The translations under genes were made by a program, and so were the position numbers. Below are positions 13,200-25,371 of a stretch of 64,000 nucleotides of DNA, one piece after another; position 1 is the stretch's first letter, and every line of letters starts with the position of its first letter. The notes beneath the pieces are model-generated. The model searched no databases and was not told the origin of the DNA. It saw only the letters and a list, made by a program, of their open reading frames with translations. Where the stretch lies: assembly GCA_964106645.2 (NCBI GenBank), contig OZ067046.1. One strand, written 5' to 3'. The stretch is from Podarcis pityusensis. Its lineage: Eukaryota.

Positions 13200-14894
13200 T
13201 CATGTATAATGAGATAAGAATCCAATGTCTTTGTTCAAACCAGGTTTCTCCATTGTTTTAAGTTTGGTAATGAGTTGTAATTCAGCAGCTTCTCTTTCCA
13301 GTCTATTTCTGAAATTCCTTTGTAGTAAAACAGCTACTTTGAGATCTTGTATAGAATGTCCTGGGAGATTGAAGTGTTCTCCTACTGGTTTCTCTGTTTT
13401 GTGATTCTTGATGTCAGATTTATGTCCGTTTATTCTTTGGCGTAAGGTTTGGCCTGTTTGTCCAATATAGAGAGCTGAAGGACACTGTTGGCATTTGATG
13501 GCATACACAATGTTAGACGATGAGCAATTAAATAGTCCCGAGATGGTATGTGTGATGTTGTTGGGGCCAGTAATGGTGTTGTCCGGGTGTATGTGGCAGC
13601 AAAGTTGGCATCTGGGTTTATTGCAGGCTCTGGTGCCAGTGTCCGTGTTAAGTCTGGTTGTAGTATTATTGTGGGTTAGGAGTTGTTTAAGATTGGGTGG
13701 CTGTCTGTAGGCAATGAAAGGTCTTCCTCCCAGAGCTTGAGAAAGAGAACTGTCATTGTCCAGGAGAGGTTGTAGATCTCTGATGATGCGTTGAACTGTT
13801 TTAACTTGGGAGCTGTATGTGATGACTAGTGGAGTTCTGTTATTTTCTTTTTTGGGTCTGTCTTGCAGCAAGTTCTCTCTGGGTATCAGTCTGGCTCTGT
13901 TGATCTGTTGTCTAACTTCATCTGCTGGGTATTTTAGTTCTGAGAAGGTTTGCTGTAGATCTCTTAGGTGAGAGTCTCTGTCTGTAGAATTGGAACAGAT
14001 GCGGCTGTAACGTAGTGCCTGGCTATATACAATGGACTGTTTGGTATGTTTGGGATGGTAGCTAGAGGCATGTAGATATGTTTGTCGGTCAGTTGGTTTA
14101 CGGTATAAGGTGGTGTCTATGTGTCCATCCTGTATTTTTATAGTAGTGTCCAAAAAATGTATTTCTTGCATAGATTGATTCATTGTAAGGTTGATTGTGG
14201 GGTGAAAATCATTGAATTTCTGGTGAAAGGTGTCCAGGGTCTGTTGACCATGTGTCCAGATGATAAAAATATCGTCAATGTATCGTAGGTACAAGAGAGG
14301 TTTGAGTGGGTAGGAGTTTAGGAAACGTTGTTCTAAATCTGCCATGAAGATGTTGGCATACTGTGGGGCCATGCGGGTGCCCATTGCTGTGCCGCTGATC
14401 TGAAGGAAGAGGTCATCACCGAATTTGAAGTTGTTGTGGGTAAGGACAAATTGGCAGAGTTTGGTGGCAAGGTCCGCTGTGGTTTTATCTGAAATGGTGT
14501 TCCTTATAGCTTGTAAACCATCGTTGTGTGGGATGTTGGTATACAGAGATTCCACGTCCATAGTAGCTAGTATAGTATTGTTGGGAAGATTATTTAAAGA
14601 TTGTATTTTCCTCAGAAAATCTGTGGTGTCACGTACATAGCTGGGAGCACTGATGGCATATGGTTTCAGAACAGAGTCCATATAACCGGAGACACCCACT
14701 GTAATAGTGCCAATACCTGAAATGATGGGGCGTCCTGGATTTCCTGGTTTGTGTATTTTAGGTAGAAGATAGAAAGTTCCTGGTCGAGGTTCTGTTGGTG
14801 TGTTGGTGAGGATCTGTTCTTGGATGTGTGGGGGTAGCTCCTTAACAATCTTGTTCAGTTCTTTCTTGTATTCTTGTGTGGGGTCTGAGTCCAA
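13200..14894 (-). CDS. Penelope-like reverse transcriptase / GIY-YIG endonuclease (N-terminally truncated, uninterrupted)
   Basis: RT motifs LPKIHK..GRPIIS, MDVESLYTNIP, GTAMG..APQYANIFM, RYIDDIF, FLD; thumb LYRKPT..YLH..S.HP; Cys-rich linker CNKPRCQLC; endonuclease VYAIKCQQC..YIGQT..LRQR..H..HF..H..E..GLN. The apparent start is a TTG at the truncation point. Confidence 0.95.
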   Translation of the reverse strand: MDSDPTQEYKKELNKIVKELPPHIQEQILTNTPTEPRPGTFYLLPKIHKPGNPGRPIISGIGTITVGVSGYMDSVLKPYAISAPSYVRDTTDFLRKIQSLNNLPNNTILATMDVESLYTNIPHNDGLQAIRNTISDKTTADLATKLCQFVLTHNNFKFGDDLFLQISGTAMGTRMAPQYANIFMADLEQRFLNSYPLKPLLYLRYIDDIFIIWTHGQQTLDTFHQKFNDFHPTINLTMNQSMQEIHFLDTTIKIQDGHIDTTLYRKPTDRQTYLHASSYHPKHTKQSIVYSQALRYSRICSNSTDRDSHLRDLQQTFSELKYPADEVRQQINRARLIPRENLLQDRPKKENNRTPLVITYSSQVKTVQRIIRDLQPLLDNDSSLSQALGGRPFIAYRQPPNLKQLLTHNNTTTRLNTDTGTRACNKPRCQLCCHIHPDNTITGPNNITHTISGLFNCSSSNIVYAIKCQQCPSALYIGQTGQTLRQRINGHKSDIKNHKTEKPVGEHFNLPGHSIQDLKVAVLLQRNFRNRLEREAAELQLITKLKTMEKPGLNKDIGFLSHYT

Positions 14895-15694
14895 TTATTA
14901 TTGGACTCAATTATTATATTATTTCAGTGCCAGATAGATCTGGGTTGCATTGTGCATGAGCCACAGTGATGTGCTGGAGCCAAATATTCACAATTCTGTA
15001 CCACATGTGGTAAAATATTTCTGCATGATATAAAGCACTTTGTTTACCTGTCTCTAAGCCACATTGCCCTATTCTCCGCCCCCCCCCCAAATACTAGGAC
15101 TCTGGACAAAGATTGTGGCCTCTTTTGTTTGTGTTGTCTCATTCTAACAGGATTGTGACAGGTACCAGAAAAATGAGTACCATGACAGTATTTCCCTTCC
15201 CTTTTCTGCTGTCCTTCTCCCTTCTCTAGAACTAAGTGCTTGTGACAGACTTTTATTTTATGTTTTATTTTAAAGAGTGATTTATGATTAAAAGTTAATG
15301 AAATAGAATTTTCACAGTGCTTTTATTATATTCTACCAGTTTGAACATTTTTCAAAGCAGCACACCAAAACCCACTGTTCTCTATGAATAAATAATAAAA
15401 GCCATGTCTGTACATTATCATTCATGCATTCTGTAGTTGCCCACTGGTGATTTGTTTGCCAGCCTGAAGTGGGCGCTTCATATTAAACTGTCCTTAACTA
15501 AAACTCAAATTAGTTATTACAATTGCACCGATTTAAAATGTAAATATATAGATATATGTAATTGAATTCTACTTTGTAAGCTCACTGGGTTGCTCTCTTG
15601 AGATATAGTGATTCTGCCAGTGAACTGTACAAGTGGATTTTGCAGGTGGAGTGGTCTAATCTGTCCCCAAAACATTGCTCAAGCAGCAAGCAAA

Positions 15695-17600
15695 TAATTA
15701 TTATTATTATTTATATTTGTTAGTCACTTTCCTCACAAAAGCGTCCAGTTAAAACAAACGCAACCAATAAAAACTATAACTAATAAAAACTATAACTAAT
15801 AAAATCTATAGAGATAAGAGAACAAGGGCCAAAAGTCTGGATAAAGAGAAGAGTCCTTGCTTGGCTTTTAAAAATAGAGACAGGTTGTGCAAGGTATTCC
15901 TCCTTGGGAAGAACAACCCACAAGCGAGGAACTGCCACTGGAAAAGCTCATTTTCATGCCTCAGATGATGATTGCAGGGTCTGGGGATAGGTAGTCCTTG
16001 GGGGAATTAGGGTCCTGAGCTGCATAGGCTTTAAATGTCAAACCCAACATTTTGAACTGAGCCTAGAAACTAAATGGTAGCCAATGCAGTTGTGCCAGAA
16101 TTGCTGCTATATGATCAGAGTGTCCTGTCCTGATCTTCAATCTGCTTGCTGAATTCTGAACCAGCTGCAGTTTCCAAACTGCCTCCAAAGGCAGCCCCAT
16201 GTAGAGGATATACAACAGAAGTTAGGCACAACTAGCCACTAGCAGAAGTTGATGGCACTCCATGCCACTGAGGGAACTTGAGCCTTAAGCAACTCTAATG
16301 GATCCAGAAGTATCTCAAGTTACGTATTTGCTCCTTCAGAGGGAGTATAACCACATCCCAAGCTGGCCCCATCTCATCCCTCTGCTCCAGGGAACCACCT
16401 GCAAACTGATCCTCAGTTTTGTCAGAATAAAGCTTCAGTTTATTAGCTCTCATCCAGTCAATTCCTGAGGCAAAGCAAACTTTCCAGCACATCCACTGCC
16501 ACAGCTGCAGATGTAAAGGAGAAGTAGAGCTGTGTGTCATCAGCATATTACAGACAATGTAGTCCAAAATGCTGGATGACACCACTCAGCATTTTCATGG
16601 AGATGTTAAACAGTGTGGGGGATAAAATCACACCCTGCGGAATTCCACACTGAATGCTCCATGGCACCAAACAGTATTATCTAAGCACAACCACCTGAAA
16701 ATTACCATCCAGGTAGGACTGGAACCACTGTAGAGCAGTGCCACTCAACCCCAACTTAGCTGTTCCAGAAGAATACCATGGTCAAAGGCATTGAAAACGG
16801 CTGAGAGATTGAGGAGAGTTAACAGGAACACACTCACCCTGCCTCTTTCCCAGCATAGCTCACTATTCATGGTGACGAAGGCAGTTTCCATATTGAAGTC
16901 AGCTGAAATGGATCCCAACTGAAATGGATCTAGAAAGTTGGTTTCATCCAAGAGAGCCTGGATCTGTTCCACAACCATTGCTCAGAGACCTTGCCCAAGA
17001 AGGGAAGATTAGCAACTGGTCATTAATTACTTAGATTGTCTGAATAAAATAAGAATTTCTTAAGGATTGGTCATACCACAGCCTTCTTTAAGCAGGCAGA
17101 GACCACCCAATCACCATCCTGGCCAAGGCTGACCCCTCTCTCACAGGTTGTCACCCAGACTGAACCAAGCACCTTGACCATGTCTTTGGACTGTACTAAC
17201 AGAAACTCGTCCAACCCTTAGGACTGGACAGACACTTCTTGAGATGTGTCTGCTTTAACAGTGGAATCAAGGTCTTGGCAAATGCAAGCAATTTTATATC
17301 CATCTTGCTCACCAACTCAGGTCTTGGTGATACAGACCAGGTCAGCCTTCTTATCCACAATCAAATCATGGTTAGGAAAAATCTTATTCAAAGTCAATCT
17401 GGTGTTCAACAGTAATAGCTGCAAACCTGAAGGTTGGTGGATAGGACAACCACCATTCTTCAAGCTGGAGAGGGGCCTGGCACACTGATTGTCTATTCTG
17501 TGTCACCTGGCCTGTGCCTCCTTTCACTCTATATCTACCCTTGCTCCGAATCACTGTAATTGCCGTTTCCCCAGCTGATCTCATCCCAGGCATATCTTTT
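15695..17600 (-). mobile_element. Degraded, internally deleted L2 LINE
   Basis: Broken RT peptides IDWMRANKLKL..DKTE and LDETNFLDPFQ..ETA..LLNLSAVFNAFDHGILLEQL; endonuclease-like segment near 17320-17430; (TAA)n/AT-rich tail near 15695. Confidence 0.85.
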
Positions 17601-19750
17601 CCTCACTCCCTAAAACTGAGTGCCATAAAACACCTCTGAGCAAATTACAATAAGACAACAACCACCCAAAAGATAAAGTAGCTATAAAGCATCAGCTACG
17701 AATCCCCCCTTTTAAGAGCAGTTTTCCATGGGAAACTAAAAAAGGAAAACCAATGATAATTTACTCAAGCAAGAACTAGGTTGATTTTATGAACAGGCTT
17801 TCAGGCTGCAGTCCTGTGCACACTGAACTTGGTGGAACTTCCTTCTGACTTTTGCATAGGCTTGCTCTTTCAATATAGTTTGGCATTTAAAGTAAATAAA
17901 GCTACAGCATTTCTTAAGAAACATTTTAAACTAGAATGTAACTTTAATCCATATAGAAATGGCCCTGTTTACAGCTAAACTTCAGCTGAATTTCAGGAAG
18001 AAGCAGCAATCTTCTGGGAGGCCAACACTGTTGAAAAGCTGTTCAGAAAAATTGAGATGACAGATTAACAGCATTCATGCCATAGTTCACTCTTATCTGA
18101 CACTTGACTTTAACTACAGACAGATGAATTCTTGATAGGAAGGTAAACAAAGAAAAATATAATATACAGCACCCTAAAAATGTCATGAAAGGTTTGTTTT
18201 ATGGTATTGAATTGCAGTGTTTTTAACATTTAAAAATAGAAGTCTGAAAATGCCCTTCAGATTGTTCAGGGAATTTTAATAAAATGCAAGAGCTTGTGTA
18301 ACACTCATCTAAAACTAAATAGAACACAATATTGTGATTTTCATCCTGCTCATTGAACAAGATGTTACTCATAAACACACAGATTAATGTATATGATGTT
18401 TAGAGACTGAGATTTAAAGAAGCAATAAGCTAAAGAAAAAATAACAAAATCAAAGCAGAGAACAATTGAAGAGGCATATTCTGACATCCGTCTTTTTGGA
18501 AAGTACATTGCTACATCAGAATATTAATAGTCAATAAAGGAAATTATATTTAAAACCTTGCATTGTTTTGTGATCTTTTTCACATTTCTTCAAAGGAGAG
18601 AGCACTTGAGTCATATGTGTTTCTTTGGGATGCTCAAAGGAAAGGGATTTTGTAGATCAAAGTGGCTGGGAAGTAGCAGTCAGCAAAGGCAGCAGTTCAA
18701 AAGTAGAATCTGTTCAGAGCACAGATCCAACAAGCTCAGAACCGTTATAGGGTATTCTATCCTATCCAGCCACTAAATTAAATGGCCAAGGTCTACTTTA
18801 TCACTTCCATGAACTCACATCTGATTTTTATTAAGCTCCTATTTGCCCCTTTAAAAAATGAATAAAGGAGATTTGGAGGACCTCCCATGTAATTAACTTA
18901 GATCAAATTTACGTTAGCATTCCCTTCCTATAGTGTCATTATTAGAATCACCACTGCAGTTGTACCAAGTGTTGTAAGTTCAATGGAAGATATACAGCAT
19001 TTGCAGGCAACCCTGAATGCAGTGCATACAGTTCTAGATTCAGAAGTTCTTGAGGCCCGACTATGTGTTGCATGGAGGTATGTGTAACTGAACCATGATG
19101 ACCCTTTTATTTTAGGAAATGCTTTTTCAGTAGCAATTTCAGGTAGGGAACTGACATGCGAGGAAAGGACTAAGCACGCCACACACCCAATTCTCTGCTT
19201 CAGATTACCACTTCCTGAAGTGCTTTTTCCTTAAATAAAAGGGCTGCCGTGGTTCAGTTATGTGCGTTTGCATCATGTAATGTGTAGTTATATCCTCAGA
19301 TAGAAACAGGTGGATAGAACGTCTTTTTCAAGTGTGATGTTGGAAAGGTGGCATATGAAAAATGTAACCAAATCCATAATAGATAACTGCAGCAATCTTG
19401 ACACTTTCTTGCTCAGTGGCCTCAGATGCCTTTGTACGATGGACCATACACCCACCTTTACTTGCTGCAATAGAGTATGACATGGGCATAACTTTTCTTT
19501 CTTGGAGAGGCTCATACTATTTGTTTTCTTGTTTGGGCCAAATCATGTTTGAGATCCTTTGTTGTAGAACCACTGTAGTGTATGGCTAAGCTGGAAAGTC
19601 GCCAATTCAATCTCACCTCAACTATACACAAAGTCGTCTGCCCATATCATCTACATAGAGAAAATAATACGGACCTAACAAACAAGATGGTTGTAAGAAT
19701 TGCTAAGAAGAATGTGCATGGAGTTCTTTGAATATGCAGAAAGTGTTTTA

Positions 19751-19860
19751 TTGTTTAGTCGTTTAGTCATGTCTGACTCTTCGTGACCCCATGGACCAGA
19801 GCACGCCAGGCACTCCTGTCTTCCACTGCCTCCCGCAGTTTGGTCAAACTCATGTTCGTA
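19751..19860 (-). mobile_element. BovB (RTE) LINE 3' end
   Basis: ttgtttagtcgtttagtcatgtctgactcttcgtgaccccatggaccagagcacgccaggcactcctgtcttccactgcctccc is the reverse complement of a BovB-type 3' terminus. Confidence 0.85.
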
Positions 19861-21200
19861 ACAGTGTTATATAAATGCTAATAATTAATTTCATTATAGT
19901 GGCCGTGAAACTAATAGGCTACCCAATGCCTATTGTTAAGATCTCTACCCAGCACCTGCTTTTCATTTCTCCCTTTGTCAGTTGTACCCACTAGCAAATC
20001 ATTAATTTACATCATGTGATTTTTTTCCCCCTAGCACGCCACTCTGGATATAGATCAGTATTTCTACCCATAAGCATATATGGGGGAGACTGTGGTGTCC
20101 TTGCTGCCACTTACCAAGTTCATTGCAGTGCTTAGATTCAGACAGGTTCCTTTCTTAACTCGGTCCTGTTGGCGCTCTGCTACATTGGTTTTCTCTCCCT
20201 TTTCAAAGCCCCTTCTCTGGACATGACACTTTCCCAGCCCTGATTTGCAGAAAAGAAGCAGCAGCCAGTCTTTAAAGTCATGTGACCAACGTGACTGAGT
20301 TATTCCACCCTTAGTTTTGTGAATGAGCTTTAAATCTAGGTTTCATATTTCCAATCCCAGTGATTACTCCACTGAGCCTGCCTGTTAGTGTGTCTCTAGT
20401 ACCATACAGAAAGTTTAATATAGAGAACTGTTGTCTTGTTGGTTCCAGAGTATGAGAGGTTCAAAGTAGATTAGTGATCAGCCTTGAATAACCTGCCTTT
20501 ATTTGAAGAGCAAATATTGGCTCAGTAAATGTGTTATGGCACCTGTTTGTGTGCAAAAGCACATTGCTATTAATTTGTGCTGATTTGGAGTCTGTAGTAT
20601 CACTCTTGCAAAGCTCCAGGCTTTTCACAGCTGCCGTTAATTAAATTACTGCTTCCAGTCTACACACAGAGACATGTACACACACATTCATTTATTCAAA
20701 GGCCTTATGTATTCTACCTTTCAGGGGAAAGCCCTCCCAATGAAGCTTATGAAAGATTTTGATTTCTAAAATTTTATTTAAAAGCATATCTAAACCATTT
20801 AATATTTCAAAAATCTCTCAAGTGGTGTACAGAAGCAACATCAATGAAAACAAAAATTTAACTTAAAGCCTATAAAAATATAATGGCAAATCCAACAGAC
20901 TAGCTGGGGCTGATGGGAGTTGTAGTCCAAAAAAGTCCAGATCTGGAGGGTACCAGGTTGGCAACAGCTGGATTAATGGGTAGCATGAACTTTCTGCGTT
21001 ACTTCAGAAACACTGCAGTAATAAAATCTGTTGGGGCATCTCTTGAGAAGTCTTGTTATGTGGTGACTGAAAAATTAATGCAAGTCATGGCTTATATAAT
21101 TTCCTGCAAGTCTAATGTAAGCTGCAAACTTTGATTGATGTCACATAGCACTTTTATGTAGATTAAAAAGAAAGGGGAGAAAAGATGGAACCCTGTAGGA

Positions 21201-21337
21201 CAGGTATGGGTGAACCTGAGATTCTCCAGGTGTTGCCCAATCAGCTCCTCTCAGCCCCAACCAGTATGGCCAACGATCAAAGATGGTGGAAGTTATATTC
21301 CAGCAACATCTGGAGGACTACAGGCTAGTCACCCTGA
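21201..21337. mobile_element. Old palindromic hAT-like MITE; relatives near 10359-10480, 20900-20970, 38795-38925 and 57560-57680
   Basis: Degenerate ctccag(a/g)tgttg...tgggagttgtagtcca..acatctggagg palindromic family. Confidence 0.6.
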
Positions 21338-22254
21338 TGTACCGTAATTCCCAGGGGGAATTAGTCTTCCAGCACCACCTTCCGGAATTATGTCACAACT
21401 TTGAGGAAGTCCAGAAAGAGGGCTTTGGTCAATAGTAGCAAAATGTAATGACTCCTGTATTTCTAGAACCATGCTGCCATTAGTTACTGTACTTCCAAAC
21501 AATAAAGGGAGAGGAAAACTGATGAAACAATTTCATTTTCAAATTCCTGAATGTGAAAAAGTTGCACTAAACATTGTAGGCTTGCTCATCTTCTTCCGTT
21601 AATTCTGGTATTCCAAAAGCATGCAACTGGCATTTGTCTTTCGATTTACAAAAACTCCATATCTTCAAACTCTGAATTATTTAAGCTCCCACAACACATG
21701 CACTTTTGCTTTTCAAGCATGAGTTATAATTTAATTAAAAACTTCTGGTGCATCGCTAGCTATTTAAATATTTAAATGTTCCATGGATCACTTTCGATTA
21801 TCTGCTCACATGAAATTCCTGAAGATGTCAGATTTTTAAGATTCCCAAAGTTACACTTGGAATTGTCTGTTGATGCAAAGGGGACTGTGATAATTACATA
21901 CATCCATTAGTATCAGCAGAGGAGATAAACTTTGGGGAGGCTTAATGGGCATGTCTCAGTGACAGCTAGCAAAGAACATTTGGCATGATTAAGGATAGAC
22001 TTGAATGTACTTGAAAATATACTCTCATTATGGACGCCCAGTGGAAGTTGCACTACAAATGTTAAATTCCCCAGAAGAAGAGTTATGTGGCAGGGAAGCT
22101 TTGAAATCCACCGTGGCCGTCATCCAAATTATTCTCTTCTCTTTATGTCTTTCCGCTGTCAGATTCATTTTGTGATGCCCAACTTGGCTCCCTGTGTGCG
22201 TTGAAAAGAGGCAACCTGTTGATTTTTCCTCTCTCTCCTCCTGCTATGTTTCAG

Positions 22255-22420
22255 ATTGTCCGAAGATACATCAAGGAGTGGCTTGAGAGAAAGAAGCCTC
22301 CGTTTGGTGCTATTAGCAGCTGTGTGCTCCTGATGATCATCTATACAACGTTCTGTGATACTTTTTCCAATCCAAACATTGACCTTGATAAGTTTAGCCT
22401 GATTATAATCGTTTTCATAA
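22255..22420 (+). CDS. SLC10A7: SLC10A7 exon 8 equivalent, [55 protein letters not shown]
   Basis: Polypyrimidine tract then tttcag|ATTGTC...TTCATAA|gtaagt; 166 nt, ends in phase 1. Visible in ORF 22201..22455. Confidence 0.97.
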
Positions 22421-23754
22421 GTAAGTACCACCAGTTCATTTATAATCCATTTTAAGAGCTGGGAAATGTTTCAAAGGAGCTGTGTATTGCTGCCCAAGGA
22501 ATCAGAGCCCATAGTGTACTCCCACATCCATTCTGAGTTTCTTCGTATTGCAACCACATTCTAATATGTGATGAATTTGGGCTATTGAGCACTGCCATGG
22601 TCTTTGGATGCATTTTAGAAATGTGGAAGAAGTAACACTCACTATAATTTTCTGTCATAAAAATGGTGCGCCTTAATATGTGGTTAACGCTGCAGTAGCA
22701 TAGATTCAATTAAGACCTTTGTTCCTATTTAGAAATGATGCGCTCCTTGAAGAACAAGCATACTTGTGGGCAGGCGTGTATGAGGGGGGGCAGGGGGCGG
22801 CGCACCCCAGGTGCCACACTGGGAGGGGTGACAAGATGGCCCTCTATACCCCCCCCCCAGCTGTAGCACAGTCTTTGTACTTGCAGTGACACATACAAAA
22901 AAGTGGCAACTTTTAAGCACACAGTTGCGCTATTTTACAAAATGAAGGTTGATGGTATGACCTAGCAGCAACAGATGGCCTGATACAGGGACCTGCTCAT
23001 AGCCTCAGCAGTGGCAGCTGTCGTGCCACCAGTTACCCACCCTCTCTCCATGCACACACATGCACACAATATTTTGAGCAAGGGTGCTTAGCTAAGCTGT
23101 GTTGCCATGATGCTCAGAAAGTAGTGTTGCTAGTATCTGCACTGTTGGATAGCATCCTTGGTTTGTTCTGCCACAGAGTCAGCTATCGATTTCAGTACAG
23201 ATGGGCTGCCAGAACAAAGCCCCACATTGTAAGAAGAATCCAAACACACAAACGGAAGCATATTTTTCCTCTGTGTGTGCAGAGGCATGTGTGGAAGGAT
23301 TCTCTTGTGGCCCCTGCAGTTCCTGATGTGGCAAAGTGTCAAGTTCTAAATTCTATTGTGCTTCAGTTAGTCTTCCATCTCTAAGCAGTAAATAGCAGAG
23401 CTGACTAAGATATGGTCTTCTGGATATAAAATCTTAAAAGGGCATCCACTCTCCATGGTCATTATAGAGCTTACGATATTATGGTTTTCTCCGTGGTTAA
23501 CAGCAAGAGTGTCAGTTTTTTCATGGTGAATTTTTGTAGGATGGTTCTAGTTGAACAGCAGCATGTTAAAATATTTGTTGCTGGTGAAATATTGTTCTGT
23601 CATAAAGCACAGAAAATATATTTCTTGCACAATCAGTATGTTTTATCCTGTCCATATAATCCGTATGTTTTGGTCAGGAATAAAAAATGTCAGATAAATT
23701 GGATCAAAAAGGTCCGTGTAAGCATTTTTTTAATTGCCTGAGGAGAGAGAGGGT

Positions 23755-23852
23755 GCGATTCAAGTAAATTTTACCTAGAATAGACCTACTGAAATTAATG
23801 GGCCTAACTTAGTCATGTTCATTACTTTCAATGGGTCTACTCTGAGTAAACC
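23755..23852. repeat. Short palindromic MITE-like element; similar copies near 7015-7085, 10535-10600, 42510-42580 and 47265-47340
   Basis: tttacctagaatagacctactgaaattaatg...cattactttcaatgggtctactctgagtaaa forms an imperfect inverted repeat. Confidence 0.55.
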
Positions 23853-24766
23853 TCAGGTAAATCCTATTTGTTGTCTTTTGTGTTCTTCCATATATTTGAT
23901 GATAAATAACGTGCCTTGGGATTACCCTTTTAAAGATTAAAATTAGCTCAGAAAATAAAAGTATTCTGCTGAGGACTGTCTGCAACTTAGTTGGGTAAAA
24001 AAAAGTTCCTGTGTTACTAAATAGAGATCAGAATGTGGGGAAACAATTCAGAAATTAATGCAAACCAAAAGTGGAAGATGATGGTAAGGAAGGGCAAGCA
24101 GCCATGTGAGACTGTCTGGTGAAGCTACAAAATTTCTAGTCCTTATTCATCCTAGAAGAAATAGGTGCATAGAAAGCGTGCACACCCCACACACCCTGCA
24201 CTTAAGAAGTTATCCTCAACGTAGGGTCAGGAAGAACTTGAGATTGGGCTAGACATGTTGTCCTGTAGCTCCATGGCTCCTTTTGTATCTGTTTTGACTC
24301 TGCAAGCGAGTAACACATGGAGACTTCTGTATTAACACTTTTAAATTCATAAATACTTTAGGAATATTTAATAAGAAATACTGCAGTCATTTGCACACAC
24401 ACACAAATATGCATGTATATGTTCTTTCTACTATTCCTTTCAATATCCTCATCTTTTAATTGTCACAACTTTTCTTGGCTTTTAATTTCTTAGCTTCTTT
24501 GTATTTAATATGAAGCAATTTCTTTTGTCAAAAAAATAACATTTATCAAATTCCTCCAATTAATAAAAGTTCACCCACTCAAAGAAACCAACTTGACCTG
24601 TTACGTGAGTCTCATACTGAAAACCAACAAGCCACCAGCCTTCTTGATCATTTATTCTGAGTATGAGAGCTATTTCCAAGCCCTTCATTACTTTTTCCTA
24701 CTATGATATAAATTTTTTGCACAGGGGGAATAGGAGAATTTTGTAAGGTATTATGACAGTGTTTAG

Positions 24767-25122
24767 GGACACGGGTGGCGCTGTGGGTAAAACCTCAGTG
24801 CCTAGGACTTGCTGATCGTAAGGTCGGCGGTTTGAATCCCCGCGGCGGAGTGAGCTCCCGTAGTTCGGTCCCAGCTCCTGCCCACCTAGCAGTTTGAAAG
24901 CACCCTTAAGTGCAAGTAGATAAATAGGTACCGCTTTATAGCTGGAAGGTAAACGGCGTTTCCGTGTGCGGCACTGGTGCTGGCTCGCCAGTTGCAGCTT
25001 CGTCACGCTGGCCACGTGACCCGGAAGTGTCTTCGGACAGCGACGGCTCCCGGCCTCTTGAGCGAGATGAGCGTGCAACCCTAGAGTCGGTCACGACTGG
25101 CCCGTACGGGCAGGGGTACGTT
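24767..25122 (+). mobile_element. Sauria SINE, full length, second subfamily, with 16-bp TSD
   Basis: A box GTGGCGCTGTGGG, B box GGTTTGAATCCC, internal gtgcaagtagataaataggtaccgc. TSD TTATGACAGTGTTTAG at 24751-24766 and 25123-25138. Confidence 0.93.
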
Positions 25123-25319
25123 TTATGACAGTGTTTAGTTCTGCAGGTACATATCTGACTTTTGTACTTGTAGCAGAATAGCAGGCATATATTTTCTCAT
25201 TCTTAATAGTAAAATATATGCATTTTTTATATGAAGAGATGGGTGTACATCTAAAATGCGCATTTGTGTGGGTCTTTTCATGTTTCACTTAACATTTATC
25301 AAACTAATTTGTCTTTCAG

Positions 25320-25371
25320 TATTTTCAGTTCAGCTGGGATTCATGCTGTTAACTTTCTTCTTCTCTACAAG
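25320..25371 (+). CDS. SLC10A7: SLC10A7 exon 9 equivalent, (I)FSVQLGFMLLTFFFST(R)
   Basis: gtctttcag|TATTTTCA...CTACAAG|gtatgt; 52 nt, phase 1/2. Visible in ORF 25256..25501. Confidence 0.94.

Larger units (their letters stand above)
12893..14913 (-). mobile_element. Penelope-like retroelement (Neptune-type), 5'-truncated, antisense in SLC10A7 intron 7
   Basis: RT plus GIY-YIG ORF and a 3' terminal region with a hammerhead motif. Flanked by the direct repeat TTATATTATTTCAGT at 12878-12892 and 14914-14928. Confidence 0.95.

Noticed and set aside
24767-24845. tRNA genes at the SINE heads (also 57719-57790 and 5680-5757)
   Set aside because: A and B boxes are present, but they continue into SINE bodies with no complete cloverleaf.
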